Part shown: positions 20,593 through 30,574 of the stretch, piece by piece | How positions within the stretch are numbered: the first letter of the stretch is position 1 | How the letters are laid out: the number at the start of each line of letters is the position of its first letter | DNA from: an uncultured delta proteobacterium | Lineage (GTDB): Bacteria > Desulfobacterota > BSN033 > UBA1163 | DNA: 64,000 nucleotides | Assembly (NCBI GenBank): GCA_963708295.1 | Contig: CAVPSJ010000013.1 | Span: forward strand, 128,001 to 192,000 | Direction of reading: 5' to 3' | Made by a program: the position numbers and the translations under genes | Notes under the pieces: generated by a model | Told to the model about the DNA's origin: nothing | What the model saw: the letters and a program-made list of their open reading frames with translations, nothing else | Databases searched by the model: none

Positions 20593-21092
20593 CCATCCCC
20601 TGTTCGCCCCAAGGGATGCCTTGGAGGAAGCCCCGGTTGTTTTAAGAAATGCGATGGGTTATGTTGATAAAGTAGAGGTGCTGAAGGAGGATTCCGAATA
20701 ACGAATTGGGGGCATTCGATTCAACCGCCCGTAAACACCCTCTTCGAGTGGAAACGTACGGACTCAACTTTAAGACGTCACCCCGGACCATTTCATTTAT
20801 CACGGATACAAGGTTTTTCCCTGAGCTTCCGAGTCTTTATCAGGGGGAAATCCGGGTGATTCACGTGGTCCCGCTAAAACCCGCGGGGAAGGAACCGATC
20901 GAGCACCTCTCGGTTGAGGAGGTGAGGACAATCCTCAAGAAAGCGAAGCCAAGATTGACTCTCTTGACCCATTTCGGAATGACGATGATCAAAGCGAAAC
21001 CCAGGTGGGTGGCTGCTGAATTGGAGAAAGAATTGGGGTTGAAGGGCGTTGCTGCGAGCGATGGTATGCAAATAAATTTGGTGGAGGTTTGA
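20593..21092 (+). pseudogene. Degenerate MBL-fold metallo-hydrolase, C-terminal part
   Basis: 'LFAPRDALEE.PVVL' in one frame, then a stop and frame change into 'VETYG..ISFITDT..LTHFG..AASDG'. The N-terminal HxHxDH motif is absent. Confidence 0.6.
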
Positions 21093-21094
21093 TG

Positions 21095-22216
21095 ATGGAG
21101 AAGTGGATGGGAGGAGACATGCATCCGAGTTACCGGATACTGATGGGCCCCGGGCCGAGCAACGTCCACTACCGGGTTTACCAAGCGATGTCCAATCCGG
21201 TGATCGGATATCTCGATCCCCAAATTCTGGCCTGTATGGACGAGATCAGTGAAATGTTAAGAGGCGTTTTCCAGACGAAAAACAAGGTTACCCTGGCTAT
21301 TTCCGCTACAGGAAGTTCGGGGATGGAGACTTCGTATGTCAATTTCGTTGAACCCGGAGATGTGGTTGTCATTGGCGTGAACGGGTTCTTTGCAGACCGG
21401 ATGACCGAGGTGGCTTCCCGCTGTGGTGCGAGGGTCATTCGGGTTGAAGAGGAGTGGGGAAAGATCATTGAACCAGAAAAATTGATCAAAGTCTTAAAGC
21501 AACATCCTGAGGCCAAGATCTGTGGCGTCGTCCATGGAGAGACCTCCACCGGGGTGAGGCAGCCCCTTGAGGAAATAGGAGCCTATTGCAAAAAAGGGAC
21601 TACGCTCCTGGTGGTGGATGCTGTCACCACGTTAGGAGGATATGATGTAAAGGTTGATGGTTGGGGAGTCGATGTTTGCTACGGTAGTTCCCAGAAGTGT
21701 CTCAGCGTTCCGCCAGGACTTTCTCCCATTACGGTGAGTCCTAAGGCCATGGATACCCTCCGAGCGCGCAAGACAATGGTGCAAAGTTTTTATCTCGATC
21801 TATCATTGCTTGAAAAGTATTGGGGGGAAGAAAGGGTTTATCACCATACGGCGCCCGTTTCCATGTTCTATGCCTTGAGAGAAGGGTTGAAAATCGTTTA
21901 TGAAGAGGGCCTTGAGAATAGATTCCGGCGCCATGAAATGCTGGGCGATCGCTTGAAGATGGAGCTGGAGGGCCTGGGATTCAAACTTTTTGCACAGGAA
22001 GGATACCGCTTGCCCATGTTGACCTCGGTGGGTCTTCCTGCCGGGATGGATGACGCCAAGACACGGTCGAGACTACTGAACGAGTACAACATCGAAGTCG
22101 GAGCAGGTTTAGGCTGGCTGAAGGGGAAAATATGGAGAGTCGGACTCATGGGAGAGACCTGCAAACTCAGATATATCCATTGTCTGCTGGGAGCGCTTGC
22201 AGAGATCCCGGCGTGA
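21095..22216 (+). CDS. Alanine--glyoxylate / serine--pyruvate aminotransferase (class V PLP)
   Basis: Motifs LMGPGPSN, HGETSTG, VDAVTTLGG, SQKCLSVPPG (PLP Lys) and YHHTAP. Confidence 0.92.
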   Translation: MEKWMGGDMHPSYRILMGPGPSNVHYRVYQAMSNPVIGYLDPQILACMDEISEMLRGVFQTKNKVTLAISATGSSGMETSYVNFVEPGDVVVIGVNGFFADRMTEVASRCGARVIRVEEEWGKIIEPEKLIKVLKQHPEAKICGVVHGETSTGVRQPLEEIGAYCKKGTTLLVVDAVTTLGGYDVKVDGWGVDVCYGSSQKCLSVPPGLSPITVSPKAMDTLRARKTMVQSFYLDLSLLEKYWGEERVYHHTAPVSMFYALREGLKIVYEEGLENRFRRHEMLGDRLKMELEGLGFKLFAQEGYRLPMLTSVGLPAGMDDAKTRSRLLNEYNIEVGAGLGWLKGKIWRVGLMGETCKLRYIHCLLGALAEIPA

Positions 22217-22331
22217 TGACGGATTGTTGATGTAAGCCCCTACCTTATACCCTTCCGTCACCCCTTCTGCGAGCCCAAAGGGCATGGCAACCTCCGATTA
22301 CTCCTGATTTCGACGAGATTTCCATGAGTTC

Positions 22332-22706
22332 TTAGCTTTTCTCATTTCCAGATCCCTTCGCGTAGTCCGACATTCCTTGAAAGTCAACGACCACCACGGG
22401 CTCATCCCCGACAACCCAACCGTCATGTCCCGCCTCGAGCAGAGAAACATCCCCGGCCTTGAAATCCCTTTCCGACCCATCGTCCATTCTAACTCTTAAC
22501 GTTCCGGATACGTGATATTGAAAATGAGGAGCCTCGCAGCTTTTAGTGTTCATCAAAGGCTTGAGGGATTGAGACCATCTCCATCCCGGTTGGAGGGTGG
22601 CCCGCCCCACCGTCTTTCCGCCGATCGTTACAAGTTCCAATTTTCCCTTATCAAACGTCCTCACCTCATCCGGGTTATTAAGGCTTTTTCCTTCCATTCC
22701 TACCAT
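22332..22706 (-). CDS. Cupin domain protein
   Basis: 'PGWRWS..SCEAPH..VSG..GHDGWVVGDEP' cupin family. AGGAGGTG RBS before the ATG at 22706. Confidence 0.8.
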   Translation of the reverse strand: MVGMEGKSLNNPDEVRTFDKGKLELVTIGGKTVGRATLQPGWRWSQSLKPLMNTKSCEAPHFQYHVSGTLRVRMDDGSERDFKAGDVSLLEAGHDGWVVGDEPVVVVDFQGMSDYAKGSGNEKS

Positions 22707-22975
22707 CCTAATCACCTCCTCTGCCTTCAGTTCGTCTTTTTCTTTTGGTTCAAAGATGCTCATCGGAAATCCAACTGTCAAGCAAACACATCAGCCGTTC
22801 TCAACTCAAGAGCCTGAACATATGTGGAAAAAAGTTCCCACCCGTCTAAGAGAGGAGATAAGACGACTGAAGAGGGGTATTATGAAAATCTAAGGCATAA
22901 AACTTTCAGCTAACGAACTCTTTTATTGACACCGCCGGACACTCCGTTATAAAAAGGAAAAAGGAGCCGCACAAA

Positions 22976-24466
22976 ATGAAGAAACACCGTTCCGTCTTTC
23001 TGATCTTCCTTTTGTTCTTTTTTGCCGGCTGTACCTCAATGACGGCCCAACGAATTTCCCGGTCCTTAGACAGGCCGGAGGAGTGCCAGTCTTTCCTGAG
23101 CGTCCTGGATAAGAGAGTCGACCGGTCCGGTGTAAGGGATGCTGCAAGTTATCCCATCCCGGGGTTTTCTTACCTCCGGGCCAATCGTTTTCTTTCCTTT
23201 ATGAAAGACAGGACCGATACCCAAGGAGGAAGGGAACTATGGACCCTGTGGATGCAGAAACTGGATCTTGAAGCCAGGCAAAAGGAAATCAACAACCTGT
23301 CGGATGGTATTGTTTCTTCCTTTCCGGCGAAGCAAGGGGCAGAGCCAACCCGATCCGAGTTATACGATCGTGTGAAATCCTGCTCTGACAGGCTCTTCCA
23401 GCATGACAAGACCCGGCCGGGTGTTTATGAAATGCTGAATTCCGTCGTCGAGGTGCCAGAGGAGTATTCGTTTACGATGAGGGCCATCGGTCTCTATCCT
23501 CTTGTTGCCATCCCCGTCGCCGTACTTACGGATCGTTCACGAAAAAGGACCCGGTCATGGTTCGAAACGAATCTGGAAAATCTTCCTGTCGAGGGGCGGC
23601 TGAAAAGCTTCACTCCTGCGAAAACCTTCTCTCTAAGCCGGGAAGAGCTTCAGGCAATCATTGAATCATCAAAGGAAAATCCACTGGACGTTCCACTCCC
23701 GGACGAGAGCCAGGGTAAGAAGATCGTTGAGCACTTTGCGCCAGTATTCATCCAGGACGTTGCAGCTCCATACGATCGGATAGGCCGGTTGGTATGGAAT
23801 GGAGAGTGTCCGGATGTGGATCAAGAAAAGCCGACGGTGTATTATTATTTTTCCAATGCTTTCCTGAAGGGCAGGCCCATCCTGCAGATTAATTATGTGA
23901 TCTGGTTTTCGGAGCGCGCCGGAAAGAAGGCACCCGGAATTGAGCGGGGTCATCTGGACGGGTTGACGTTGCGGGTCTCGCTGGACGAGCAGGGAAAGCC
24001 TTTCATGGTGGATATCGTGAATGATTGCGGATGCTATCATTTATTTGCCCCCGAGAAGACCCGTGTGGATCAAATCATTTCAAAACCGTTGAAGTTTGAT
24101 CCCTTCGTCCCCCAGTGGTTGCCCGACCTTCTCCCGGACCAGCGCCTCGGGGTGCGTCTGAATTCGGGATGGCACCAGGTCCAGCGTCTGATTGCAGGAG
24201 AGGGCTTTCCTGCCCCGATTCCTTATGAGCTGGTGCCCTATGATGTCCTGGAGGTGCTTCCTCGCGGAGATGGCCGGACAGAAAGCATCTTTAACTCCAA
24301 AGGGATTGCGAAGTGCTCCGAAAGGATTGAGCGATTCATCCTCTTTTCCATGGGAATCCCCAGGATCGGTAGCATGCGCCAAAGGGGCCACCACGCCATA
24401 GAGTTAATCGGACGAGCCCAGTTCGATGACCCGACTCTTTTTGACGAAAGTTTCATTTTCAAATGA
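22976..24466 (+). CDS. Hypothetical lipoprotein
   Basis: Lipobox FAG|C after a basic plus hydrophobic signal; long ORF with RBS; conserved-looking 'NDCGCYH' and 'MRQRGHHA' motifs. Confidence 0.7.
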   Translation: MKKHRSVFLIFLLFFFAGCTSMTAQRISRSLDRPEECQSFLSVLDKRVDRSGVRDAASYPIPGFSYLRANRFLSFMKDRTDTQGGRELWTLWMQKLDLEARQKEINNLSDGIVSSFPAKQGAEPTRSELYDRVKSCSDRLFQHDKTRPGVYEMLNSVVEVPEEYSFTMRAIGLYPLVAIPVAVLTDRSRKRTRSWFETNLENLPVEGRLKSFTPAKTFSLSREELQAIIESSKENPLDVPLPDESQGKKIVEHFAPVFIQDVAAPYDRIGRLVWNGECPDVDQEKPTVYYYFSNAFLKGRPILQINYVIWFSERAGKKAPGIERGHLDGLTLRVSLDEQGKPFMVDIVNDCGCYHLFAPEKTRVDQIISKPLKFDPFVPQWLPDLLPDQRLGVRLNSGWHQVQRLIAGEGFPAPIPYELVPYDVLEVLPRGDGRTESIFNSKGIAKCSERIERFILFSMGIPRIGSMRQRGHHAIELIGRAQFDDPTLFDESFIFK

Positions 24467-25146
24467 TGCGAAAAGCCGTCTTGATAGTGCTTTCACTCGC
24501 CTTCCTGCTTCTCTACCTTGAGAACCTCGAAGCAATGGCCGGAAATGAAAAACAGATCCTCGCCGTTGCCCAAAATATGGAAGCTGCATTCAATAAATTA
24601 GAAGATTACACCTGTGAAGTAGAGCAGATATTTTATCGTGACGGAGCGGAGAATCAGCGATATCTTTTCAAGTTTTACTTTAAGAAAGAGAAAAAAATTC
24701 GGGTTGATTTCTTCCAGCCCCACTCCGGATTGACTATCTTTTATAGTAAAGAGGACAAAGAAGCGACCGTGATACCGCTTCGTTCCCTACCTGGCCTGAA
24801 ATTCCGGCTTTCCGTCGATAACCCTCTGATGAAAACACTAGCAGGACAGCGGATAACCCAGACCGACATGGGGTACTTTATTAAGTTCATGTTCAGGAAT
24901 CTCAGGAGCGTTGACCAGAAAGAGAACGAATTTCGGGAAGATAGCGACCGGGTGGAGTTCCTGTTCCGGGCCATGGACTATATCGAAGAGAAGTCTCCGG
25001 AAAAATATCGGATTTCTATTTCAAAAGAGCACTGGCTTCCCATCCGTATTGAGAGGTACGATTCAACAGACAGACGCCTCGAGGTCACTGACATTAGAAA
25101 TTATGTCCTCAACGCCCATCTGAAAGATGAGTTCTTTGTGCCGTAG
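24463..25146 (+). CDS. LolA-like / outer membrane lipoprotein-sorting family protein
   Basis: Signal peptide, 'LEDYTC', beta-rich 'WLPIRIERYD' and C-terminal 'LKDEFF' pattern. Start overlaps the upstream stop (ATGA). Confidence 0.6.
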   Translation: MMRKAVLIVLSLAFLLLYLENLEAMAGNEKQILAVAQNMEAAFNKLEDYTCEVEQIFYRDGAENQRYLFKFYFKKEKKIRVDFFQPHSGLTIFYSKEDKEATVIPLRSLPGLKFRLSVDNPLMKTLAGQRITQTDMGYFIKFMFRNLRSVDQKENEFREDSDRVEFLFRAMDYIEEKSPEKYRISISKEHWLPIRIERYDSTDRRLEVTDIRNYVLNAHLKDEFFVP

Positions 25147-25515
25147 AATTTTCCTTCTCGTGCGCCGGGGTGTCAAGGTCGCAGAACCCTTCACGGCTTG
25201 CCAAAAAAGGCGACGAAAAACGGCACTCCGGGTTAGAGAAGCTTATTGTTAAAGAGTGTGAACTCAAACCATAATGGCGTCATCGTGCGGCTTCTCTATT
25301 TATACATTCAACCGTTATTCTCCAGTTCGTAATACCTTGTTTTTTCATGCTTTTCTTCTCTCCTAAAGTGGTCGTGTTCGCGCGTCTCCCTCGGCATTCG
25401 TCTTGCTGCAAGTGACGAGATATACGAGAAAATTGAGCGATGGCATATATCTTGCTGCTTTCCTTCTAAGGAATGACAGAAAGACAACAACGAGTCTTAG
25501 GAGTCTACGTGGAAT

Positions 25516-26034
25516 TTGGGTAAGAATATGTGCTATCCCAGCTTCTTGGACATTCTTCTCATAGGGGAGCAACCGCAGGAACGTGTTAGGGCTTTTACGC
25601 TTTTGGAGCTACTTGTTACGCTAGCGATCATTGGGACGTTAAGCGTGATTGCAGTGCCTATGGTCAATAACAACACCGAAAAGGCGAGAATTGCAACTGC
25701 CATGACCGATATCCGGGAGATGGAACTGGGAATCGTGAGGTTTCAAGCCGAGCGTGGAAGACCACCGGACACCCTTGCCGAAGCCGGACTTTCAATACAA
25801 CGCGACCCCTGGGGGCGTCCGTACCAGTATATGAGAATCGCAGGGTTGACAAAGCACGAGATGGATGCGAAGTGTCGGTGGGATAAGTATGATAAGCCGC
25901 TCAATCACGATTTCGACCTCTACAGCGTGGGGAAGGACGGGCAGACGAAGGCAAAGATTACGGACAAAGACAGCCATGATGACATCATCCGCGCGCATGG
26001 CGGGAGATACGTAGGCTTGGCTTCAGAATATTAG
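25516..26034 (+). CDS. Prepilin-type N-terminal cleavage/methylation protein (GspG-like pseudopilin)
   Basis: A|FTLLELLV with E5, and the GspG-like motifs 'RDPWGRPYQY' and 'FDLYSVGKDG'. Exact start uncertain. Confidence 0.8.
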   Translation: MGKNMCYPSFLDILLIGEQPQERVRAFTLLELLVTLAIIGTLSVIAVPMVNNNTEKARIATAMTDIREMELGIVRFQAERGRPPDTLAEAGLSIQRDPWGRPYQYMRIAGLTKHEMDAKCRWDKYDKPLNHDFDLYSVGKDGQTKAKITDKDSHDDIIRAHGGRYVGLASEY

Positions 26035-26047
26035 CGTAGGCGAAAGG

Positions 26048-28159
26048 ATGAAAATTGAAACGACATTTTTCCGGAGCAAGGTCGCAATCCGGATTTTTGG
26101 GTTGTTTGTCTGCTGTGCGCTCCTTCCCATCGCAACCCTTGCAGTTCTGTCTTACAGCCAGGTAACCAGACAGCTCAACGAACAAACACAGAAGAGACTG
26201 AAACAGGCGGCCAAGGACGTAGGGGGGGGCATTTCTGAGAGACTCTATTTCCTTGGAAGCCAGATGAAAGAGACTGCCTCTAAATTGAGTATGGAGTCCC
26301 ATCCCACCCCTGCCCAAAGAGGGAGTGGGTTACTGAAAGAGGGGTTCAAAGGCCTCGTCATGGTAGTTGATCAGCACGAAAATGTTCTCCTTTTCGGGGA
26401 TATTCAACATATACCCAACTTAACGCCGGACCAAAAACAGTATATTCGATCCGGCGGCATCTGCGTGTGGAGTAAGCACTTTACAGATTTCAAGACACAT
26501 ATATTTATGGGCGTTGCTGTCGATCCCAGAAGCCCCGGACGAGGGATCCTTTTGGGAGAGATTTCCCCGGCATACCTGTGGGGTCCGACCGGCGAGCTTC
26601 CAATACCGGCATTGACAGAACTCTGTATTCTGGACCGGTGGAATCGTGTCATCTTTTCATCCCTCCCGGCACCGGCGGCGTTTCCCGAACAGGTAACGGT
26701 CCAAATGAGTCGGTCCATGCAGGGTCAATTCGAGTGGGAGCATGAAGAGAAAGAATACATGGCCAGTTATCGGACGCTCTCTCTTCCCGCTGATATTTCG
26801 ATGCCGAAATGGGCAGTGGTGCTGAGCGAATCGAAATCAGATCTGCTCGCTCCTGCAGCCCATTTCAAAAAGATCTTCCCTCTCGTCATCCTTCTGTCTG
26901 TGTGGGTGGTGTTGCTCCTCAGCATGGTGCAGATACGAAGGAGCCTGATCCCACTGGAAAAGCTTCGGGAAGGAACAAGGCGGATTGCCGCACAGGATTT
27001 CAACAGCCCGGTGACGATCAGGAGCGGCGATGAATTTGAGGAGCTCGGAGCATCTTTTAATACGATGGCGAGTCGTTTGGGCAAGCAGTTTAGCACCCTG
27101 ACGACGATGGGTAAGATCGATCGGGCCATTCTGTCGGCGCTGGAAACTGAAAAAATCATCGGGGTGGTGCTCACCCATATCCCCGACGTTTTCCCTTGCA
27201 ACCACGTCAGCGTGACTTTGTTGGATGACGACGGCAGGGTGACTGGCCGAAGGTACACTGAAAATGGCACGGCAGACAAAGAAACGGCGGTGGAGACGAT
27301 CGAGTTCCCGGCTAACGAGATTCAAGAACTCCTGAAGCATCCTGAAAGCGTAATCATCGAAGCCGGAGAGACGATTCCCAGCTATCTCGTTCCCATCGCC
27401 CAGAATGGCATCAAGACGTTTTTGGTCTTGCCGATCATTCTCAAGAAGAGACTGTCAGGATTGATGACACTGGGATGGTCCTTCGAATCGAAGATCCATA
27501 CCCAGGAAGATTTTGGTCGAGCCCGGCAATTGGCCGATCAGATGGGAGTGGCCCTTTCAAACGCCAGCCTCATCAGGGAATTGAATGAATTCAACTGGGG
27601 CACGCTTGAAGCCTTAGCCCGTGCTATTGATGCAAAATCTCATTGGACGGCAGGCCACTCCGAACGAGTCACGAAACTGGCATTGAAAATCGGCCGGATT
27701 TTGGGACTGCCCCAGGAAGAGATCGATGTGCTTCACCGGGCAGGGCTGTTACACGACATTGGAAAGCTTGGGATACCCATCGATATTCTTGACAAGGAGG
27801 GGAAGTTAAGCAAGAAGGAAGAACAGCTCATGCGGGAACACGTTCGTCTGGGGCTCCGTATTCTGGAACCCATTGCGGCGTATCACGAAGTCATGTCCGT
27901 CATATCGCACCATCACGAGAATTTTAACGGTGAGGGTTACCCCGACGGCCTCGTCGGAAAGGACATCAGTTTGGGCGGACGCATTTTTGCTGTTGCGGAT
28001 TCTTTTGATGCTCTGACCTCCAACCGGCCGTACAGGCAAGCACTGGACCGCGAGTACGCTACTGAGATGATCAAGCAGGGGAGCGGGAGCCGGTACGACC
28101 CGGATATCGTGCAGGCGTTTCTGCAGGTCATAGCGCAGGAAGGGCAAGGAGAGGAATAA
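26048..28159 (+). CDS. Membrane sensor with HAMP, GAF-like and HD-GYP domains (c-di-GMP phosphodiesterase)
   Basis: Two TM helices with a periplasmic domain, HAMP 'DEFEELGASFNTM', and HD-GYP motifs 'HSERV', 'LHDIGK' and 'HHENFNGEGYPDG'. Confidence 0.9.
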   Translation: MKIETTFFRSKVAIRIFGLFVCCALLPIATLAVLSYSQVTRQLNEQTQKRLKQAAKDVGGGISERLYFLGSQMKETASKLSMESHPTPAQRGSGLLKEGFKGLVMVVDQHENVLLFGDIQHIPNLTPDQKQYIRSGGICVWSKHFTDFKTHIFMGVAVDPRSPGRGILLGEISPAYLWGPTGELPIPALTELCILDRWNRVIFSSLPAPAAFPEQVTVQMSRSMQGQFEWEHEEKEYMASYRTLSLPADISMPKWAVVLSESKSDLLAPAAHFKKIFPLVILLSVWVVLLLSMVQIRRSLIPLEKLREGTRRIAAQDFNSPVTIRSGDEFEELGASFNTMASRLGKQFSTLTTMGKIDRAILSALETEKIIGVVLTHIPDVFPCNHVSVTLLDDDGRVTGRRYTENGTADKETAVETIEFPANEIQELLKHPESVIIEAGETIPSYLVPIAQNGIKTFLVLPIILKKRLSGLMTLGWSFESKIHTQEDFGRARQLADQMGVALSNASLIRELNEFNWGTLEALARAIDAKSHWTAGHSERVTKLALKIGRILGLPQEEIDVLHRAGLLHDIGKLGIPIDILDKEGKLSKKEEQLMREHVRLGLRILEPIAAYHEVMSVISHHHENFNGEGYPDGLVGKDISLGGRIFAVADSFDALTSNRPYRQALDREYATEMIKQGSGSRYDPDIVQAFLQVIAQEGQGEE

Positions 28160-28551
28160 TGAAAGTGGCGAGAGTATGGATCATCATCATCTGTCTCATG
28201 GTGTTATTTTTATGTCAATGCGGGAAGAAGACAACGGTTCCGGAAGGTTTGATCGGGGTATGGGAGACCACCGCGCCAACCTATGCGGATCGCTTTTTTG
28301 AGATCAAGACCGATGAGGTCATCTTTTCCACCGGGGAGGAAAAGTTCGACACCTATCCGATATCAAAGATGAAAATAGAAGAAGATCGTAAAGAACAAAA
28401 GACCCTATACATCATCTGCTATAAAAACGCGGCAGGGCAAGAATACAAGTTTTCCTTCTATTATGATCCGGGAAATCAGGGGACGATAAGATTCAAGAAT
28501 CAAAGCGAGATGGTTTGGACGAAGAAACCCCTCTCCTCCGCTTCAGAGTGA
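28159..28551 (+). CDS. Hypothetical exported protein / lipoprotein
   Basis: Signal ending ..CQC-GKK; translationally coupled to the HD-GYP gene. Confidence 0.65.
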   Translation: MKVARVWIIIICLMVLFLCQCGKKTTVPEGLIGVWETTAPTYADRFFEIKTDEVIFSTGEEKFDTYPISKMKIEEDRKEQKTLYIICYKNAAGQEYKFSFYYDPGNQGTIRFKNQSEMVWTKKPLSSASE

Positions 28552-28733
28552 TCAAAAAACTCTGGCTAGCCGGTGTTGAGACGAAAAATGGAGTCCACTG
28601 ATCTGACGATAGCGTCGGTCCCATCCTTTATCGGGAGCCTTTAAGACATCAGGTCAACTTCAACTTCCCGTAAATATGCAATTGGAATCCATGGATGAGA
28701 GCGGAGTGGGCGAGGCACACGAGCTTTCAGGGT

Positions 28734-29603
28734 TCATTCTGTTTCAGAGGGTTTGATCGGGCCCAGGGTCGTTTTAACGTTTTCCAATGATAACTCCAAT
28801 ATGCCGAGATGCTCATAAACCACCTCAACCCCTTGCCTGATTTTTACGCCGGTTGGGATTCTAGGAGTTTTTTTCAGGAGAAATTCCTCGGAAGTCATCC
28901 AGACTTCGAGCTGCCTCATCTTCTCACGAATCTCCGGGTTCAAGGAAGCGGGGGTGGTCTTTCCCACCCTTTTTTCAAATTTTTCTTTTAGGACGGCGAC
29001 CACTTCCTCCCGAGAGGGGATCCTTCCTAATTCTCTCTTCATCGTGGTCAAATTTTCCTCCATTGTTCGATAGACCTTCTCTCTGAATTTTTCATCAGGG
29101 GCTCTCAGGATTCTGCTCATCGCCTCATAATTAAAATCGAGGAGGATCCCTCCGACAAAGACCATGCAATCACCAATATTCCCCCCGCCTTCCCCGGCGA
29201 TCTTTCTACCTCCTTTGGTAAGAATGTCATTGACCACTCGAAATTCGGCCTCAATTCCGAAGGCTCCATAAGTTTCCACCGGGGCCTGTGAGAACCAGGG
29301 GTAAATCTCGTCGATCGCCCTGGGAAATCTTAGGTTATCTTTTTTCCAGATGAGCTGATAGAAAATTTGATTTTCGTCCAGGTAGGTGGTTCCTCCTCCC
29401 ACCTCTCTTCTCATAAAGGGAATTCCGGCTTCCCTACAATATTTGACATCCACCTCCTGTGGGGCGTCCTGGAAATATCCGATGCTCACCAGAGGAATTT
29501 TAGGGGAGACAAGGACGAGGGCCTCGATGCCCATCCGGGCGAGGGCATGAAAGATGAGCATGGATTGCTGGCCAGGGAGCTTCCCCAGATCGAATAGGTA
29601 CAT
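28734..29603 (-). CDS. lplA: Lipoate--protein ligase (LplA / sLpl type), C-terminal domain shortened
   Basis: Motifs 'VSIGYFQ', 'RREVGGGTTYLD' and 'VNDI...RKIAG'. Confidence 0.85.
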   Translation of the reverse strand: MYLFDLGKLPGQQSMLIFHALARMGIEALVLVSPKIPLVSIGYFQDAPQEVDVKYCREAGIPFMRREVGGGTTYLDENQIFYQLIWKKDNLRFPRAIDEIYPWFSQAPVETYGAFGIEAEFRVVNDILTKGGRKIAGEGGGNIGDCMVFVGGILLDFNYEAMSRILRAPDEKFREKVYRTMEENLTTMKRELGRIPSREEVVAVLKEKFEKRVGKTTPASLNPEIREKMRQLEVWMTSEEFLLKKTPRIPTGVKIRQGVEVVYEHLGILELSLENVKTTLGPIKPSETE

Positions 29604-29725
29604 ATCTTCCTCGCTTTCTCCGGTATAGCGACCGCCGTCAATGTGTTAACATGTTCCCGAGAATTTTTCAAAACGAAAAAAGAAAAGAAGAAAAGAAAAG
29701 AAGAAAGAAAAGGGAAGTGTTCCTC

Positions 29726-30565
29726 TTATTTAAGCTTTTTGCGGTCGGAGATGACAGTCATGGAAGAGGTGAAGATATGGAGAAGTTTGCTATGGGGAAT
29801 ATAGATAATCCATATGAGGCTGGGAACGACATGGAAGTACCAGAGGAAGTCGGCATTGATTTTCACATCTCTGAGGAATTGGGATATAAAGTAACCCCCA
29901 AAGGAAATCCAGTTATTGGCGCTGGCAGGTGTGAAGTTAGCCAGGTAATTATGTGCCTCGACGACTTCATGATGTGCGATGCGGTAACCCTCAATAAAGA
30001 AACCGGAAAGTTCCAAGAAAAGGAGGAAGAGCAATGTGGTCACATCCTCTTCTTCTGTCCGGAGCTGATCCGGGCGAATCGCAAAGCGGCGAACAATGGC
30101 CATGAGGCAGCCCACCAAAATAAGGAAGCTGAAGAATTCGAGGAAGAAATCGAGAAAAGGACGGATTGCACCGGTCTCAAAGACATGGGCGAAAGAAAGG
30201 AATGGTATGCGGTGACTCAGTTCCACGAGATACCCTGTGGTAAACCCCTTGATCATATCGACGACGAAGGTGGCGATGAATCCAAACACCAGTAGCGTAT
30301 GAGCGAGCCAGCGATAGAAGGATTGGCCGAAAAGTTTTCGATGGAAGATGACCTCTGTGATAAAGATTTTTACGTACCATCCCGGCCTCATCCAAAATTC
30401 CTTCCAGCCTCTCCGGATATAAATCTTGAGTTTCTCCCATTTGGTGGCCTTCTCTGCCCCTTCGAGGCCTCCTTCCAGCCAGATGCTGACATGGAGACCC
30501 ATCCCCCAGACGAAGAAAATCATCGTTGGGAAGAACATGACGTAGAAGATCAGGTGTTTGTCCAT
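29726..30565 (-). CDS. NarI/HdrE/DsrM-like membrane b-type cytochrome subunit
   Basis: About 5-6 TM helices with His-containing motifs 'RWLAHTL', 'WYFHVV' and 'PHSKLLHIF'. Adjacent to an HdrD-like gene. Confidence 0.8.
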   Translation of the reverse strand: MDKHLIFYVMFFPTMIFFVWGMGLHVSIWLEGGLEGAEKATKWEKLKIYIRRGWKEFWMRPGWYVKIFITEVIFHRKLFGQSFYRWLAHTLLVFGFIATFVVDMIKGFTTGYLVELSHRIPFLSFAHVFETGAIRPFLDFFLEFFSFLILVGCLMAIVRRFAIRPDQLRTEEEDVTTLLFLLFLELSGFFIEGYRIAHHEVVEAHNYLANFTPASANNWISFGGYFISQFLRDVKINADFLWYFHVVPSLIWIIYIPHSKLLHIFTSSMTVISDRKKLK

Positions 30566-30574
30566 AAAGGTTTT

